From: Synechococcus sp.
GTDB taxonomy: Bacteria > Cyanobacteriota > Cyanobacteriia > PCC-6307 > Cyanobiaceae
DNA length: 64,000 nt
Direction: 5' to 3'
Assembly: GCA_047285535.1 (NCBI GenBank)
Contig: JBJBDC010000001.1
Location: 2,848,136-2,912,135, forward strand
Positions 63,388-64,000 of the stretch are shown piece after piece (position 1 is the first letter of the stretch; every line of letters begins with the position of its first letter). The position numbers and the translations under genes were made by a program. The notes under the pieces are model-generated. The model had not been told where the DNA came from. It made no database searches and saw only the letters and a list, made by a program, of their open reading frames with translations.

Positions 63388-64000
63388 GTGCCTTTCGCTT
63401 TAGGTGTGATTGGTCTGGGTCGTATGGCTCAGGCCCTTGTGACCCCCCTTATTGAACAGGGCCTAATCCAAGCTGATGACGTTATTGGTGTAGTTGGCCG
63501 TCAGCAATCATCGGAGACGCTCTCCTCTCGTACGCCTTTAAGAATCAAGGTTGTCTCTTCAAGCGATGAGCAGGCTCGAGAGGCTTGGGGTTCATCGGTG
63601 CAACTGTTGGCTGTCAAGCCACAGGTGCTTGATGAGGTAGCTGCTTCGGCACCGCCTGCATCGGATTCAACACTGCTAATTTCAGTGTTGGCTGGAGTGC
63701 CTCTTTCTCGTCTGCAAGGTTTGTTCCCTGGAAGGCGTTGTGTTCGGGCCGTGCCCAATACTCCATGCCTAGTCGGACAGGGATTAACAGCTCTCGCCTG
63801 GGGCGCCGGCATCTCAGACCAACAGAAACAACGAGTTCGCACCTTTTTTGAGCCCGTCAGTGAGGTTTTAGAGCTGCCTGAAGAACGTCTGGATGCTTTT
63901 CTTGCGCTGACCTCATCGGGTCCGGCCTATGTCGCCTTAATGGCTGAGGCGATGGCCGACGGTGCGGTTGCCGTTGGTATGCCGCGGGTTCAGGCTCAGC
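63388..64000 (+). CDS. proC: Pyrroline-5-carboxylate reductase (3' end truncated by window)
   Basis: Manual translation from GTG: GVIGLGRMA..LAVKPQ..SVLAG..RAVPNTP..SSGPAYV; absent from the ORF track because it has no stop in the window. Confidence 0.93.
   Translation, partial: MPFALGVIGLGRMAQALVTPLIEQGLIQADDVIGVVGRQQSSETLSSRTPLRIKVVSSSDEQAREAWGSSVQLLAVKPQVLDEVAASAPPASDSTLLISVLAGVPLSRLQGLFPGRRCVRAVPNTPCLVGQGLTALAWGAGISDQQKQRVRTFFEPVSEVLELPEERLDAFLALTSSGPAYVALMAEAMADGAVAVGMPRVQAQ

Overview
Mostly core chromosome of a phycoerythrin-II-containing marine Synechococcus, inferred from gene content, synteny and the 16S/ITS. Positions 1-~10.4 kb are the visibly AT-richer end of the phycobilisome rod gene region (cpeR, cpeT, cpeS, cpeE, mpeD, cpeC, a pentapeptide-repeat gene, cpcL, a PEII linker, aplA and conserved unknowns), bounded by tRNA-Phe. 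Housekeeping blocks follow: comF, metK, rps1, nrdR, psbT, psbB; psbM, usp, dprA-prmC-tsaC; tRNA-Thr, luxR-like, minEDC, HD, ctpA; petBD; an invertase; a complete rrn operon (16S, Ile, Ala, 23S, 5S); mutM, psaE, recQ, LysM, ALDH; a TreS-like/glpD/glpK/neopullulanase cluster; tRNA-Thr/Tyr, aroQ, miaE; cobI, a cellulose-synthase-like GT2, dusB; and der, ecfT, pipX, pipY, sepF, proC (truncated by the window). I found no CRISPR array, integrase, transposase or clearly new multi-gene system. The most interesting signals not captured by the ORF track are: (i) two decayed pseudogenes in the ~1.4 kb gap between miaE and cobI, an acireductone dioxygenase (mtnD) remnant and a Tat-signal flavin amine oxidase remnant; (ii) a LexA-type box just before dprA; (iii) an orphan BcsA-like synthase with a degenerate PilZ region; (iv) a luxR-like ORF whose stop codon lies inside tRNA-Thr; (v) a drifting 12-bp minisatellite upstream of dusB; (vi) a possible glucosylglycerol-catabolic cluster. 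All family assignments come from motif recognition, not database searches.
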